From the NCBI GenBank assembly GCA_045863855.1, contig BTVV01000138.1, positions 1 through 15,353 on the forward strand: 15,353 nt of DNA, read 5' to 3'. The notes under the pieces are model-generated. The model was not told the DNA's origin. It searched no databases and saw only the letters and a list, made by a program, of their open reading frames with translations. The stretch comes from Planctomycetota bacterium. GTDB lineage: Bacteria; Planctomycetota; SZUA-567; H5-PLA8. Numbering within the stretch: position 1 is the stretch's first letter; every line of letters begins with the position of its first letter. The translations under genes were made by a program, and so were the position numbers. Of the stretch, positions 1 through 8,975 are shown one piece after another.

Positions 1-191
1 CCCGGGAACATCTTCTGCTGGCTGACGCGCTTCTTGCCCTCGCGGATTTCCGAAACGTTCTCCGCCGGTACGATGATCTGCGACACGTACTTCTCATGCC
101 CCTTGGCGCGCAAGCGCATCTCGAGGCTTTCCTTGATCTTCTCTTCGCGCTCGGACTGCGCACGAAGCGCGTACCAGTATTTCCTAGCCAT
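1..191 (-). CDS. nusG: Transcription termination/antitermination factor NusG, N-terminal part (3' end outside window)
   Basis: Manual translation from ATG at 191: MARKYWYALRAQSEREEKIKESLEMRLRAKGHEKYVSQIIVPAENVSEIREGKKRVSQQKMFPG. This has NGN-domain hallmarks (WY..., IIVP.E...I..GKK....K.FPG) and lies directly downstream of secE. Not in the ORF track because it is open-ended. Confidence 0.95.
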   Translation of the reverse strand, partial: MARKYWYALRAQSEREEKIKESLEMRLRAKGHEKYVSQIIVPAENVSEIREGKKRVSQQKMFP

Positions 192-241
192 CCCTAATGC
201 GCCGTCCTTATCGCTCGCGCCGGTCCGAATGCCGCAGATCC

Positions 242-802
242 CTACGGCTGATAGAACATCCAATGCGTGACCAAATTCAGCACGTAATCCACTAAGAAAA
301 TGTACACCGTCAGCGCAAAGGTCACGATCAGGATCACGTACGTGATCCCCCACACCTGCGTCTCCGGCTTGAACCACGGCGTGATGTTCGGCCACGTCAC
401 CTTGCGCAATTCGCCGTCCGTCTGCACCAGGAACTCCGCGGTGCGCGGCCGGCAATAAATCACATGGTACGCCGCCAGCAGCATCAAACCGAAAACCAGC
501 ACCGCCCCGCCGGTACCCACCAACTGCACGCCGCCCGGCGAACGCGACCAATCCAGCAATACGCCCAAGCCGATCGCGTCCAACATGCGCAAGCCCAGGT
601 TTCGCAAAAACGTCCAGCCGTAATACCAATGGTGCGCCGAGTACAGGCCAAAGGCGCCAGCCATCCCGAACGAACCCAGGCGCGTCAACGTCCCTTCGCC
701 GGGCTTATGAACGGTCCAAGCCCCTACGCTCGGCGCAGCGGGCGAACCCGAGCCGGACGCGGAAGGCGATACGCTCTTTTTTTCGGACACGGCCGTAGCC
801 AT
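242..802 (-). CDS. secE: Preprotein translocase subunit SecE (long, multi-TM form, 186 aa)
   Basis: SecE core motif EFLVQTDGELRKVTWP followed by a C-terminal TM helix ending in FLVDYVL. It sits in the canonical position between tRNA-Trp and nusG, with a GAGG RBS-like element just before the ATG. Confidence 0.92.
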   Translation of the reverse strand: MATAVSEKKSVSPSASGSGSPAAPSVGAWTVHKPGEGTLTRLGSFGMAGAFGLYSAHHWYYGWTFLRNLGLRMLDAIGLGVLLDWSRSPGGVQLVGTGGAVLVFGLMLLAAYHVIYCRPRTAEFLVQTDGELRKVTWPNITPWFKPETQVWGITYVILIVTFALTVYIFLVDYVLNLVTHWMFYQP

Positions 803-850
803 CGCCTCTTGTAGTGCCCCCGGTTGTCCACCGCGATCTCACGAACCGCT

Positions 851-958
851 GCGGACCCAGCTCTTTCTTAACGTCCGGCCCCGCGCTCGCGGGCGCGGGG
901 CCGGTAAGAACCTGCTTATTCCAAGCCGATCCGCATGCACCGCGCGAACCGGGTCCGC
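851..958 (-). other. Nested stem-loop structure in the tRNA-Trp/secE spacer
   Basis: A 13-bp outer helix 946-958/851-863 (two G-U pairs, only on the minus strand) encloses a perfect 12-bp hairpin 875-886/893-904, extended by 865-870/905-910. Confidence 0.6.
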
Positions 959-996
959 CGCCGTCCTGTCTTACGCCTCGGGTGCGGGAGTCCGGT

Positions 997-1072
997 TGGC
1001 AGGAGCGGAGGGACTTGAACCCCCAACCGCTGGTTTTGGAAACCAGTGCTCTACCAATTGAGCTACGCTCCT
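997..1072 (-). tRNA. tRNA-Trp (anticodon CCA)
   Basis: Reverse complement AGGAGCGTAGCTCAATTGGTAGAGCACTGGTTTCCAAAACCAGCGGTTGGGGGTTCAAGTCCCTCCGCTCCTGCCA: 76-nt cloverleaf, anticodon loop TTCCAAA, encoded CCA end. Confidence 0.97.
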
Positions 1073-1099
1073 AGCACCCGGTCCGCCGCCAGAGGCTCA

Positions 1100-1121
1100 G
1101 GCGGCCCGCTTGAGGGCCGCC
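1100..1121 (-). other. GC-rich hairpin just after the tuf stop (possible mRNA stabiliser or processing signal; no U-tract)
   Basis: GGCGGCCC-6 nt-GGGCCGCC perfect inverted repeat between tuf and tRNA-Trp. Confidence 0.4.
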
Positions 1122-1138
1122 CGCCCAAACGGCGTTCC

Positions 1139-2359
<1,221 letters not shown>

Positions 2360-2412
2360 CGCTGTGCCTTTCCTCTCCCTCTTCGATCCAGCCAACCGGT
2401 TAAAGGCAAAAA

Positions 2413-2488
2413 TGGAGCTGCAGGCGGGGATTGAACCCGCGACCTCGTCCTTACCAAGGACGTGCTCTACCGGCTGAGCTACTGCAGC
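2413..2488 (-). tRNA. tRNA-Thr (anticodon GGT)
   Basis: Reverse complement GCTGCAGTAGCTCAGCCGGTAGAGCACGTCCTTGGTAAGGACGAGGTCGCGGGTTCAATCCCCGCCTGCAGCTCCA: 76 nt, anticodon loop TTGGTAA, CCA end. This is the usual position upstream of tuf. Confidence 0.97.
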
Positions 2489-2541
2489 CCGCTTGGAACA
2501 ACCCAAATCGGGCTTCGCAGGCAGCTTAAAGCAGAGCGGGA

Positions 2542-2569
2542 GTTATAGTCTTCAACGCAGGGCTGTCAA
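2542..2569 (-). promoter_or_regulatory. Sigma70-like promoter for the tRNA-Thr/tuf operon
   Basis: Minus strand TTGACA (2569-2564), 16-nt spacer, TATAAC (2547-2542), followed by the GC-rich TCCCGC. It lies ~55 nt upstream of the tRNA. Confidence 0.7.
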
Positions 2570-2676
2570 GGAAATCCAGCCCCTTTCTGCACAGGTGGGT
2601 CAAGCCCTTTGCGCAGCCCTTGCTTTCACCTTACTTAGGGGTGCATGCACCGCGTTCACGACCCTCACGCCACGAC

Positions 2677-4473
2677 CTACCCCGCACCTTGCGGCAGCGG
2701 CGGACGTTGCCGGACGATTACTCGCAGCGCTTCTATAAGCACCACGCCCGCCAAGGCCAACAACGCCAGCGCAATGGGGAAGTTCAAATCCAGCACCATT
2801 TTATCGCCGCGCAAACGCGTCCAACCGGTCCAGATGATCTGCGCCAGCGAGGTCAACGTCACGGCCATCATGAAAACCGCGGGCAGGGCCGCGTACCACC
2901 ACTTCCGGCCCTGAGCCTTGAGCCAAGTAGCCACGCCGACGAGCGTCAGAGCCGCCAGCAACTGGTTGCTGGTTCCGAAGAGGCCCCAGAAATATCGCCA
3001 CGCCGGCACGGGCTTGCCGGAGAGCGGATCGGAAAGATTCGAGGTCACCAGAAGCGCCGCCGGCACGATTGTCGCCAGCGTGCAGATCACTGCGCCCGTG
3101 CGGCCTTGAAGGCCGGTCAATTCCTGAAGGATATACCGCCCAAGGCGCGTACAGACGTCCAGGGTATCGTAGACAAAGGTGGCGAAGGCGAGCAAGCCGA
3201 AGGTGATCGCGAAGGACTTGAACGCGGGGCTGCTCGAAAAAACCGCGAAGAAATCGGCCAGCCCGTGCGCGTAAATCAAGTTCGGCTGGCGGCTCAGCTT
3301 GTCGGCCTGCGCCGGCGTCAGGATCATGACGGTCACCAGCGCGATCAGGGCGACGAAGGCTTCAAGTAGCATCGCGCCGTAGGCCACGCGCTTTGCGTCG
3401 GGCTCGCATTTCAATTGCCGCGAAGTCGTGCCCGAAGCCACCAAGGCGTGAAATCCGGAACAGGCGCCGCAAGCGACGGTGACGAACAGCACCGGAAATA
3501 GCGTGCCTGCGCCCGTCTCGAATCCCAGGTAGGCCGGGTACTGGATCTGTAACGCCGCCTGGTCCCCGCCCCACGCGCCGACCAACAGGCCCGCTACGCT
3601 TCCGGCCAGTGCGATGTACATAAAGAACGCGCCCAGGTATCCGCGCGGCTGCAGCAGCGCCCACATCGGGACCACCGCGGCGATGCAGCAATAGCCCAGG
3701 ATCGCCAAGTCCCAAGTCTTAATCGCCGCGCGCTCGGCTTCCGGACCTTCCAGGTGCGAGAAAAACCAGCCCGCGAAATCCAGCGGCACGAACTGGCCCG
3801 CCCAAATACAGACGAAAATCAGCGGCACGAAGATCAGCGCCGCGCGATTCTCCGAAATCTTGAAGAAGCGAATGCTCAAGCCCATCAGCACTGCCAGGAC
3901 CAGGTACAGGATCGACGAACCCGCCACCGCGGCCCCGCGCACCGGCTTGACCAGATTCGCGGCGTCCGCGGTGTGCGCTTCCACCTGGGACTGCTGCAAA
4001 TCTTTCACGAACGCGGCCGCCGTTACGTCGGTGAAGGCGATAATCACGTACACAAGCGCCAGCCATACGAAGGCCAGAAAGAGCAGGTACGCACGGCGGT
4101 TCATGCTTTCCTTAACCACTTCGGCGATCGACTTGGCCTGATGCCGCACGCTCGCGACCAGCGCCGTAAAGTCGTGCACGCCACCGATGAAGATAGATCC
4201 CAGGATGATCCAGACCAACGCTGGCGCCCAACCGAACCACAGGCCCGCCAGGATCGGTCCCACAATCGGACCGGCGGCGGCAATAGCCGTGAAATGCTGC
4301 CCTAAAAGGTAGCTCGATCCGGTGGGGATGAAGTCGACGCCGTCTTCTTGCTCGAACGCCGGGGTCTTGCGTTCGGGGTCCAAGCCGAGCATCCGACTGA
4401 GGAACGAACCGTAGGTGCGATAGGCGATCGCCAGAACGACCGCGGTACCCAGCACAATTCCAAGCAGCAGCAT
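2677..4473 (-). CDS. cstA: Carbon starvation protein A family membrane transporter (598 aa)
   Basis: CstA motifs TPA...DGVDFIPT, GQHFTAIAAAGPIVGPI, GSIFIGGVHDF, PMWALLQPRGYL, FVTVACGACSGFHALVASGTTS, YGAMLLE, FGTSNQLLAA, with many hydrophobic helices. Confidence 0.93.
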   Translation of the reverse strand: MLLLGIVLGTAVVLAIAYRTYGSFLSRMLGLDPERKTPAFEQEDGVDFIPTGSSYLLGQHFTAIAAAGPIVGPILAGLWFGWAPALVWIILGSIFIGGVHDFTALVASVRHQAKSIAEVVKESMNRRAYLLFLAFVWLALVYVIIAFTDVTAAAFVKDLQQSQVEAHTADAANLVKPVRGAAVAGSSILYLVLAVLMGLSIRFFKISENRAALIFVPLIFVCIWAGQFVPLDFAGWFFSHLEGPEAERAAIKTWDLAILGYCCIAAVVPMWALLQPRGYLGAFFMYIALAGSVAGLLVGAWGGDQAALQIQYPAYLGFETGAGTLFPVLFVTVACGACSGFHALVASGTTSRQLKCEPDAKRVAYGAMLLEAFVALIALVTVMILTPAQADKLSRQPNLIYAHGLADFFAVFSSSPAFKSFAITFGLLAFATFVYDTLDVCTRLGRYILQELTGLQGRTGAVICTLATIVPAALLVTSNLSDPLSGKPVPAWRYFWGLFGTSNQLLAALTLVGVATWLKAQGRKWWYAALPAVFMMAVTLTSLAQIIWTGWTRLRGDKMVLDLNFPIALALLALAGVVLIEALRVIVRQRPPLPQGAG

Positions 4474-4683
4474 GCGGCGATTCTCGCGAACGGACCTAAA
4501 TATCGTGATGCGCCCGGCGGCTCGCTATCGTTCAAGCCCGCCGAAACTCGACTTCACTATAGCCGGTAGCCGTCCAGCTTGGCGAGTGGATCGGCGTCGG
4601 CCGCCTCGAGCGCTGCCCTGAATCGTCAGACGCTGGGCACGATCGCCCACACGTAGAGTGCTTCGGCGGAATAAAGAGGCTTG

Positions 4684-5232
4684 TTAGAGCTTCGCTTCTT
4701 CTTCGCTGGCCTTGTCTCCGCCCACCGAGGCTCGCAACGCATCCTTCTGCGCCGCAGCGGTCTTGTCCGGCCCGGTGAGCTTGAGGAAGTATTGACCCTT
4801 GCCTTCCAACGGAAGAATGATCGCCAGCATGCGCATCCCGGGGGCGTCTTCCGTCTTGCCGGACATCGGGGCACCCACGGTCTTCTTGTAGGTGCCGACG
4901 ACATCCAGGAGCCAGTATGCGCCGTGTGCGCACTTGCCTTTCACCAGACTGGCGGTCCGGTCCTCGGGCTTGAACTGGCCGACCCAGCGTTGAAGGTTCG
5001 CTTCGATGCTTCCACCGCCGGGAAAGGTGAAAACCACCAATTCGGCGTCTTCCTTGTCGCCTTCCAGCGCCGGAATGCGGGCCTGCGCCGCGCGCATGGG
5101 CGATTTGGATTCTTCCTTCTTCCATGCGGCGGGAATCTTGAGGGTCAGATCTTTGGCCGGGAGTTCCTGAAGGTCTTCCGCGTTCACCGCACTCAGCACG
5201 CACACCGCCAGCACTGCACCCAGCATTCGCAT
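4684..5232 (-). CDS. Secreted/periplasmic hypothetical protein (~182 aa; possibly Mog1/PsbP-like fold)
   Basis: Signal peptide MRMLGAVLAVCVLSAVNA|ED, with GAGG upstream of the ATG at 5232 (alternative GTG start at 5256). Motifs LKIPAAWKKE..SPMRAAQ, GGSIEANLQRWVGQF and YFLKLTGP resemble a family I recall from planctomycetes. The fold call is an inference. Confidence 0.7.
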   Translation of the reverse strand: MRMLGAVLAVCVLSAVNAEDLQELPAKDLTLKIPAAWKKEESKSPMRAAQARIPALEGDKEDAELVVFTFPGGGSIEANLQRWVGQFKPEDRTASLVKGKCAHGAYWLLDVVGTYKKTVGAPMSGKTEDAPGMRMLAIILPLEGKGQYFLKLTGPDKTAAAQKDALRASVGGDKASEEEAKL

Positions 5233-5288
5233 GGTCGTCTTCCTCACGGTTTGCACTCTTCCGTCAACCCAGGCATGCCTATCCCACT

Positions 5289-6215
5289 CTAAAACGCTTC
5301 CGGCACGATCAAATCGTCCGGAACGGGATTCCTCTGGTAATCCTCGTGATGCACGCGCGGAGGCAGTTCCACCGGCGGATGTTCGATCTCGTTATACGGC
5401 ACCTGCGAGAGCAGATGCGAAATGCAATTCAGGCGCGCCTTCTTCTTGTCGACGGCCGGTACGATCCACCAACGCGATTCGGGGATATGCGTCCGCTCCA
5501 GCATGATCTCCTTCGCCTTCGTATAATCTTCCCAGCGCCGGCGCGATTCGAGGTCCATGGGGCTCAGCTTCCATTGCTTGAGCGGATCGTGCGTACGGCA
5601 GCGGAACCGGAATTCCTGTTCGGCGTCGGTGATCGAAAACCAGTACTTGATCAACTGAATGCCCGACCGGACCAGCATCTTTTCGAACTCGGGGACGGTG
5701 CGGAAAAATTCCTCATACTCCGCGTCGTTGCAGAATCCCATCACGCGCTCGACGCCGGCCCGGTTGTACCAACTCCGGTCGAAGAGGACCATCTCGCCGC
5801 CGGCCGGCAAATGCGCAACGTAGCGCTGGAAATACCACTGCGTCTTTTCGCGTTCGGTGGGCGCCGAGAGTGCGGTGACGCGGCAGACGCGGGGATTCAG
5901 GCGCTGGGTAATGCGTTTGATCACGCCGCCCTTGCCGGCGGCGTCGCGGCCTTCAAAGAGGATTACCAGCTTGTGCTTAGTGTGCGCGACCCAATCCTGC
6001 AGCTTGACGAGTTCGCCCTGCAAGCGAAAGAGCTCCTTGAAGTACTGTTTGCGCAGTCGCAAGCGTTCCTCGAAGGCCTTGTCGATGACGGCGGTCGCGC
6101 CCTTGTTGTCGCCGTCCTCCAATTCGAGTTCCAGTTCTTCGTCCATACTGTCCTGGACGTCGCTGTGAATGCGGCGGAAGAGTTCGTCGTCGTGGCTTAG
6201 CCGGTCGTCGCTCAT
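5289..6215 (-). CDS. ppk2: Polyphosphate kinase 2 (single-domain, class I-like, ~308 aa)
   Basis: Walker A FEGRDAAGKGG, WYFQRYVAHLP, Walker B LFDRSWYNRAGVERVMGFC, and lid WKLSPMD. An AGGAG RBS precedes the ATG at 6215 (alternative start 6248). Confidence 0.95.
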   Translation of the reverse strand: MSDDRLSHDDELFRRIHSDVQDSMDEELELELEDGDNKGATAVIDKAFEERLRLRKQYFKELFRLQGELVKLQDWVAHTKHKLVILFEGRDAAGKGGVIKRITQRLNPRVCRVTALSAPTEREKTQWYFQRYVAHLPAGGEMVLFDRSWYNRAGVERVMGFCNDAEYEEFFRTVPEFEKMLVRSGIQLIKYWFSITDAEQEFRFRCRTHDPLKQWKLSPMDLESRRRWEDYTKAKEIMLERTHIPESRWWIVPAVDKKKARLNCISHLLSQVPYNEIEHPPVELPPRVHHEDYQRNPVPDDLIVPEAF

Positions 6216-6262
6216 GTTGATACGCTCCTGATAGCAGTAGGAATCCATTTCGAACGTTCAGG

Positions 6263-6290
6263 ATTATGCGGCAGTCCAGCCTCCGTTCAA
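6263..6290 (-). promoter_or_regulatory. Putative sigma70-like promoter of ppk2
   Basis: Minus strand TTGAAC (6290-6285), 16-nt spacer, CATAAT (6268-6263), ~50 nt upstream of the start codon. Confidence 0.5.
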
Positions 6291-6301
6291 GCACGCTCGC
6301 A

Positions 6302-6316
6302 TGCATTAATAATGCA
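6302..6316. promoter_or_regulatory. Candidate operator: perfect interrupted palindrome TGCATTA-A-TAATGCA
   Basis: 7-1-7 inverted repeat, AT-rich in a GC-rich genome, just upstream of the putative ppk2 -35 element. Confidence 0.5.
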
Positions 6317-6388
6317 AGGCGCTGGCATAAAAGTTCGTGAAAGCGTCAAGAAGCGCTTTTCCGTTCCGACTTCGAAGTCGCTCGGAGA

Positions 6389-7888
6389 TTACTCATGAAA
6401 TCCATACGCGCCTACGCAATTTCCCATCTCGCGCGATCGTCCCGCACGATCCACTTTCACCGCGTTGTCCAGGTTCCCGCAAGGTACGGGCGGACGCTGC
6501 GGCGCGTCGGACCATTCGAAATCGCCGATCGCCACGGGTTGGACGCCGTTTAAGGAGCCGCCCGGGACAGGCCGAAAATCTCCGTGTTCCGGATCGATCA
6601 ATTCCGGGTGCAGGGCATTGATAAAATTCTCGCGCCGGATCGCCGCCGCGTCCACCGTCGGGCGTACCGCCAAGTGGTACATCCCCTCCACATCGTCCAG
6701 GAGCGGTTTATCCGGCGGCCCGTTCCAGATCACGTTGCCGCGCAGCACAAGGCCTTCGTCACAGCGCGCGACAGGCGGCAGATTGCTGCCCGGTTCCGTA
6801 GGCATGGGGCCGCTCAGTCCGATGTGCGCGAACTTAGATTCGTAGCCTTCGGGGTTATAGATAAGGTTGTTGCAGACGCGCACGTTCCGGCACGGGATGT
6901 CGTAGGCTTCCTTGCCGCGCGGATGGCACCAGCCGCCCAACGCAAAATGCTCGTCCACCTTGGCGGGCCGTTCGCCGATCCAGCCACGGCCGCCTTGACC
7001 GATCACGATGGTGTCGCGGTTCGAACCGACCCGGTAGCACGTATTCCACGCCATCAGAATATTGTAACCGCCCGTCGTCGCGATCCCGCCGCCCGCATCG
7101 TGAATCACGTTGTTGACGATCTTGATGTCGTACGCCTCGTAATGCAGCCACGGCGGAACCATAAACTGAAAACCCGTCCCCTGCCCCGCCAGCACGCCGT
7201 GGTTCAAGCCGTTGAACATCTCATTCCCGGCAATCAGAATGTACGCCGAACCGCCTTTCACGTACATGCACTCGGCTTTTGTTTTATGGAAACGGCTGCG
7301 CACGATATGCCCGTACTGAACCGCGACGTAATCCAGCGCGTTCGCCGCGGCATTCGAGAAATCGCAATCCTCCACGTAAATGCGAAGGCATTGATTGGCT
7401 TTAAAGGTCAGGAGCGGCAGCCCGTGGGTCCCTTCCGATCCCGCCGCCGTCACCCCACGCACCAGCAGATCCTGGCTCTCGGCAAAATGGAGCACGATAT
7501 TGTTGCTGGGTATGACCCGATCGTTTCCGGCGGCTTTGAAGGTGAGGTTGAGCAGGAAAATGCCGCGGCAGCGATTGAAAAAGACGGCCGGCAATTCCAC
7601 CGAGTCCGCGCCCGAGACGGATTGAAACACGATCGGGCGATCCGATGCGTATACGCGGTCTTCCAGCACCCACTGGCCGGAATCCGGCGGCGCATACCTT
7701 CCCGGACCAAAGAGCACCCGCCATCCGTGGGCCGCACCTTCGCGCGGGATGCGCGCCCACGCCCCGCCGATGGTTCGAACCGCCTCGCTCCGCGAAGTCC
7801 CCGACGCCGCGTCGTTGCCGTTCGCGGGGTCCACCCAAAGATCTTTCAGTATCGGATTGCCGATGGCAATTGCTGGAGAGGCGTTCAT
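6389..7888 (-). CDS. Right-handed parallel beta-helix (pectin lyase-like fold) protein, 499 aa
   Basis: N-terminal WVDPANGNDAASGTS...RTI motif typical of beta-helix proteins, plus repeated Asn-ladder strands (ILIAGNEMFN, IKIVNNVIHD, ILMAWNTCY, VRVCNNLIYN, LRGNVIWN) and C-terminal GDFRP. No obvious signal peptide. Confidence 0.8.
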   Translation of the reverse strand: MNASPAIAIGNPILKDLWVDPANGNDAASGTSRSEAVRTIGGAWARIPREGAAHGWRVLFGPGRYAPPDSGQWVLEDRVYASDRPIVFQSVSGADSVELPAVFFNRCRGIFLLNLTFKAAGNDRVIPSNNIVLHFAESQDLLVRGVTAAGSEGTHGLPLLTFKANQCLRIYVEDCDFSNAAANALDYVAVQYGHIVRSRFHKTKAECMYVKGGSAYILIAGNEMFNGLNHGVLAGQGTGFQFMVPPWLHYEAYDIKIVNNVIHDAGGGIATTGGYNILMAWNTCYRVGSNRDTIVIGQGGRGWIGERPAKVDEHFALGGWCHPRGKEAYDIPCRNVRVCNNLIYNPEGYESKFAHIGLSGPMPTEPGSNLPPVARCDEGLVLRGNVIWNGPPDKPLLDDVEGMYHLAVRPTVDAAAIRRENFINALHPELIDPEHGDFRPVPGGSLNGVQPVAIGDFEWSDAPQRPPVPCGNLDNAVKVDRAGRSREMGNCVGAYGFHE

Positions 7889-8022
7889 GGGAATACCCGG
7901 GACGTGAGGGGGTCATTCACAACCCTACTCTTTACAGCACGATGAACGCAAGCCGAGCGCGTAAATATCACCCGCATTATCGATATAAATTCGACGCACT
8001 ATTTAGGACGAGCTAGACCGAA

Positions 8023-8727
8023 CTATACCTGAGCGCCTCGCCGGCGAGCCAGCCATTCCAGCGGCGCACCGACGGCCGCCATGATCGCGAGCGCGATCAG
8101 CGCATCCAGCGCCAGCCAACGGTTCAGGGATTCATGCAACTCCTGCGAAGAAAAGGACGCCAGCACGAGCTTCGTGACCGGTGCGTTCGGCCGAGCACCG
8201 GGATTGGTCGGCACAGGAAGTAGATCGGCTTCACTCTTATCCTCAGACCGATCTGGCCTATCTCCGACTCGATAAGGCCACGGCCAGCCCTGCGTTTCGC
8301 ACACCATCACTTTTCGTTTTCGTTCTGTTTCAAAAGCCAACCACGGCGAATCGGTTTCCAACGTCCGCTCCATGGGCAGGAGATTCGCTCCCACCAGAAC
8401 CCCCGCGGTCACCGTGAGGGCGGCCACGGTCGAAAAGTGCAAGCGCAGCCGTTTCGGCCGCGCTTCGGCGAGTTGCTTCAGTCGAAGCGCTTCCACCATC
8501 CGCGCGCGGATATGTTCGGCTCGTGGAGATTCGCGCGCCAGAACGGTCAGTCCAATAAGGATGATGGGCGTACCCATGGGTCCTGGGAGCGGCAGAATCA
8601 CGATTCCGGCAACCACGATCACGGCGCCGGTCGTATACACCACCACGCGCCGCGGCCAGCGCGTCCAACTCGCGGACGCGACGACTCCCTCCTGCTTGCG
8701 CGAGTCCGGGGAACGCTGAGCTTCCAT
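8023..8727 (-). CDS. Membrane protein with N-terminal PGPGW-family domain and a C-terminal uncharacterised membrane region (start uncertain: 8727, 8745 or 8835)
   Basis: GAVIVVAGIVILPLPGPMGTPIILIGLTVLARE matches the PGPGW-type hairpin. Two further TM segments flank a GWPWPY loop. The ATG at 8835 overlaps an 8-bp hairpin (8816-8834), which favours a downstream start. Confidence 0.65.
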   Translation of the reverse strand: MEAQRSPDSRKQEGVVASASWTRWPRRVVVYTTGAVIVVAGIVILPLPGPMGTPIILIGLTVLARESPRAEHIRARMVEALRLKQLAEARPKRLRLHFSTVAALTVTAGVLVGANLLPMERTLETDSPWLAFETERKRKVMVCETQGWPWPYRVGDRPDRSEDKSEADLLPVPTNPGARPNAPVTKLVLASFSSQELHESLNRWLALDALIALAIMAAVGAPLEWLARRRGAQV

Positions 8728-8885
8728 AGCGCCGTGCAACTCCATGCGAAATCGGGCACCGCCTGACACTCGCCTTTCGGGATGGCTATGGACTGCGGAG
8801 GTGTAAACCGAGCGTTGGAACCGTCCCGGTTCCATTTCGGCAGCGGGTCACACGGCTCTGGTTATCGATCATCGCCAACAGATCA

Positions 8886-8975
8886 TGGCGGCGGGTGAGG
8901 GATTCGAACCCCCGAGACGGTTTCCCGTCTAGCTGTTTTCAAGACAGCCGCCTTCGACCACTCGGCCAACCCGCC
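8886..8975 (-). tRNA. tRNA-Ser (anticodon TGA)
   Basis: Reverse complement GGCGGGTTGGCCGAGTGGTCGAAGGCGGCTGTCTTGAAAACAGCTAGACGGGAAACCGTCTCGGGGGTTCGAATCCCTCACCCGCCGCCA: 90 nt, long variable arm, anticodon loop CTTGAAA, G discriminator, CCA end. Confidence 0.97.

Noticed and set aside
2360..2506. 49-aa N-terminal extension of EF-Tu in the ORF track
   Set aside because: It reads through the tRNA-Thr gene. The canonical MAKDTF start with an RBS is at 2359.
6339..6361. AAAGCG...CGCTTT inverted repeat as terminator of the beta-helix gene
   Set aside because: Weak stem and no convincing adjacent U-tract, so it cannot be supported.
5346..7945. Long plus-strand ORFs (5346-6200, 6584-7945) antisense to ppk2 and the beta-helix gene
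   Set aside because: Antisense shadows with no recognisable domains. The minus-strand frames carry clear family motifs.
2490..8885. Genomic island integrated at the tRNA-Ser 3' end
   Set aside because: No integrase or transposase, no duplicate of the tRNA 3' end found by eye, and the genes look like ordinary chromosomal ones.
8886..8975. tRNA with TGA anticodon and long arm read as a selenocysteine or suppressor tRNA
   Set aside because: Anticodon UGA decodes Ser UCA (Sec needs anticodon UCA), and the 7-bp acceptor stem is normal.
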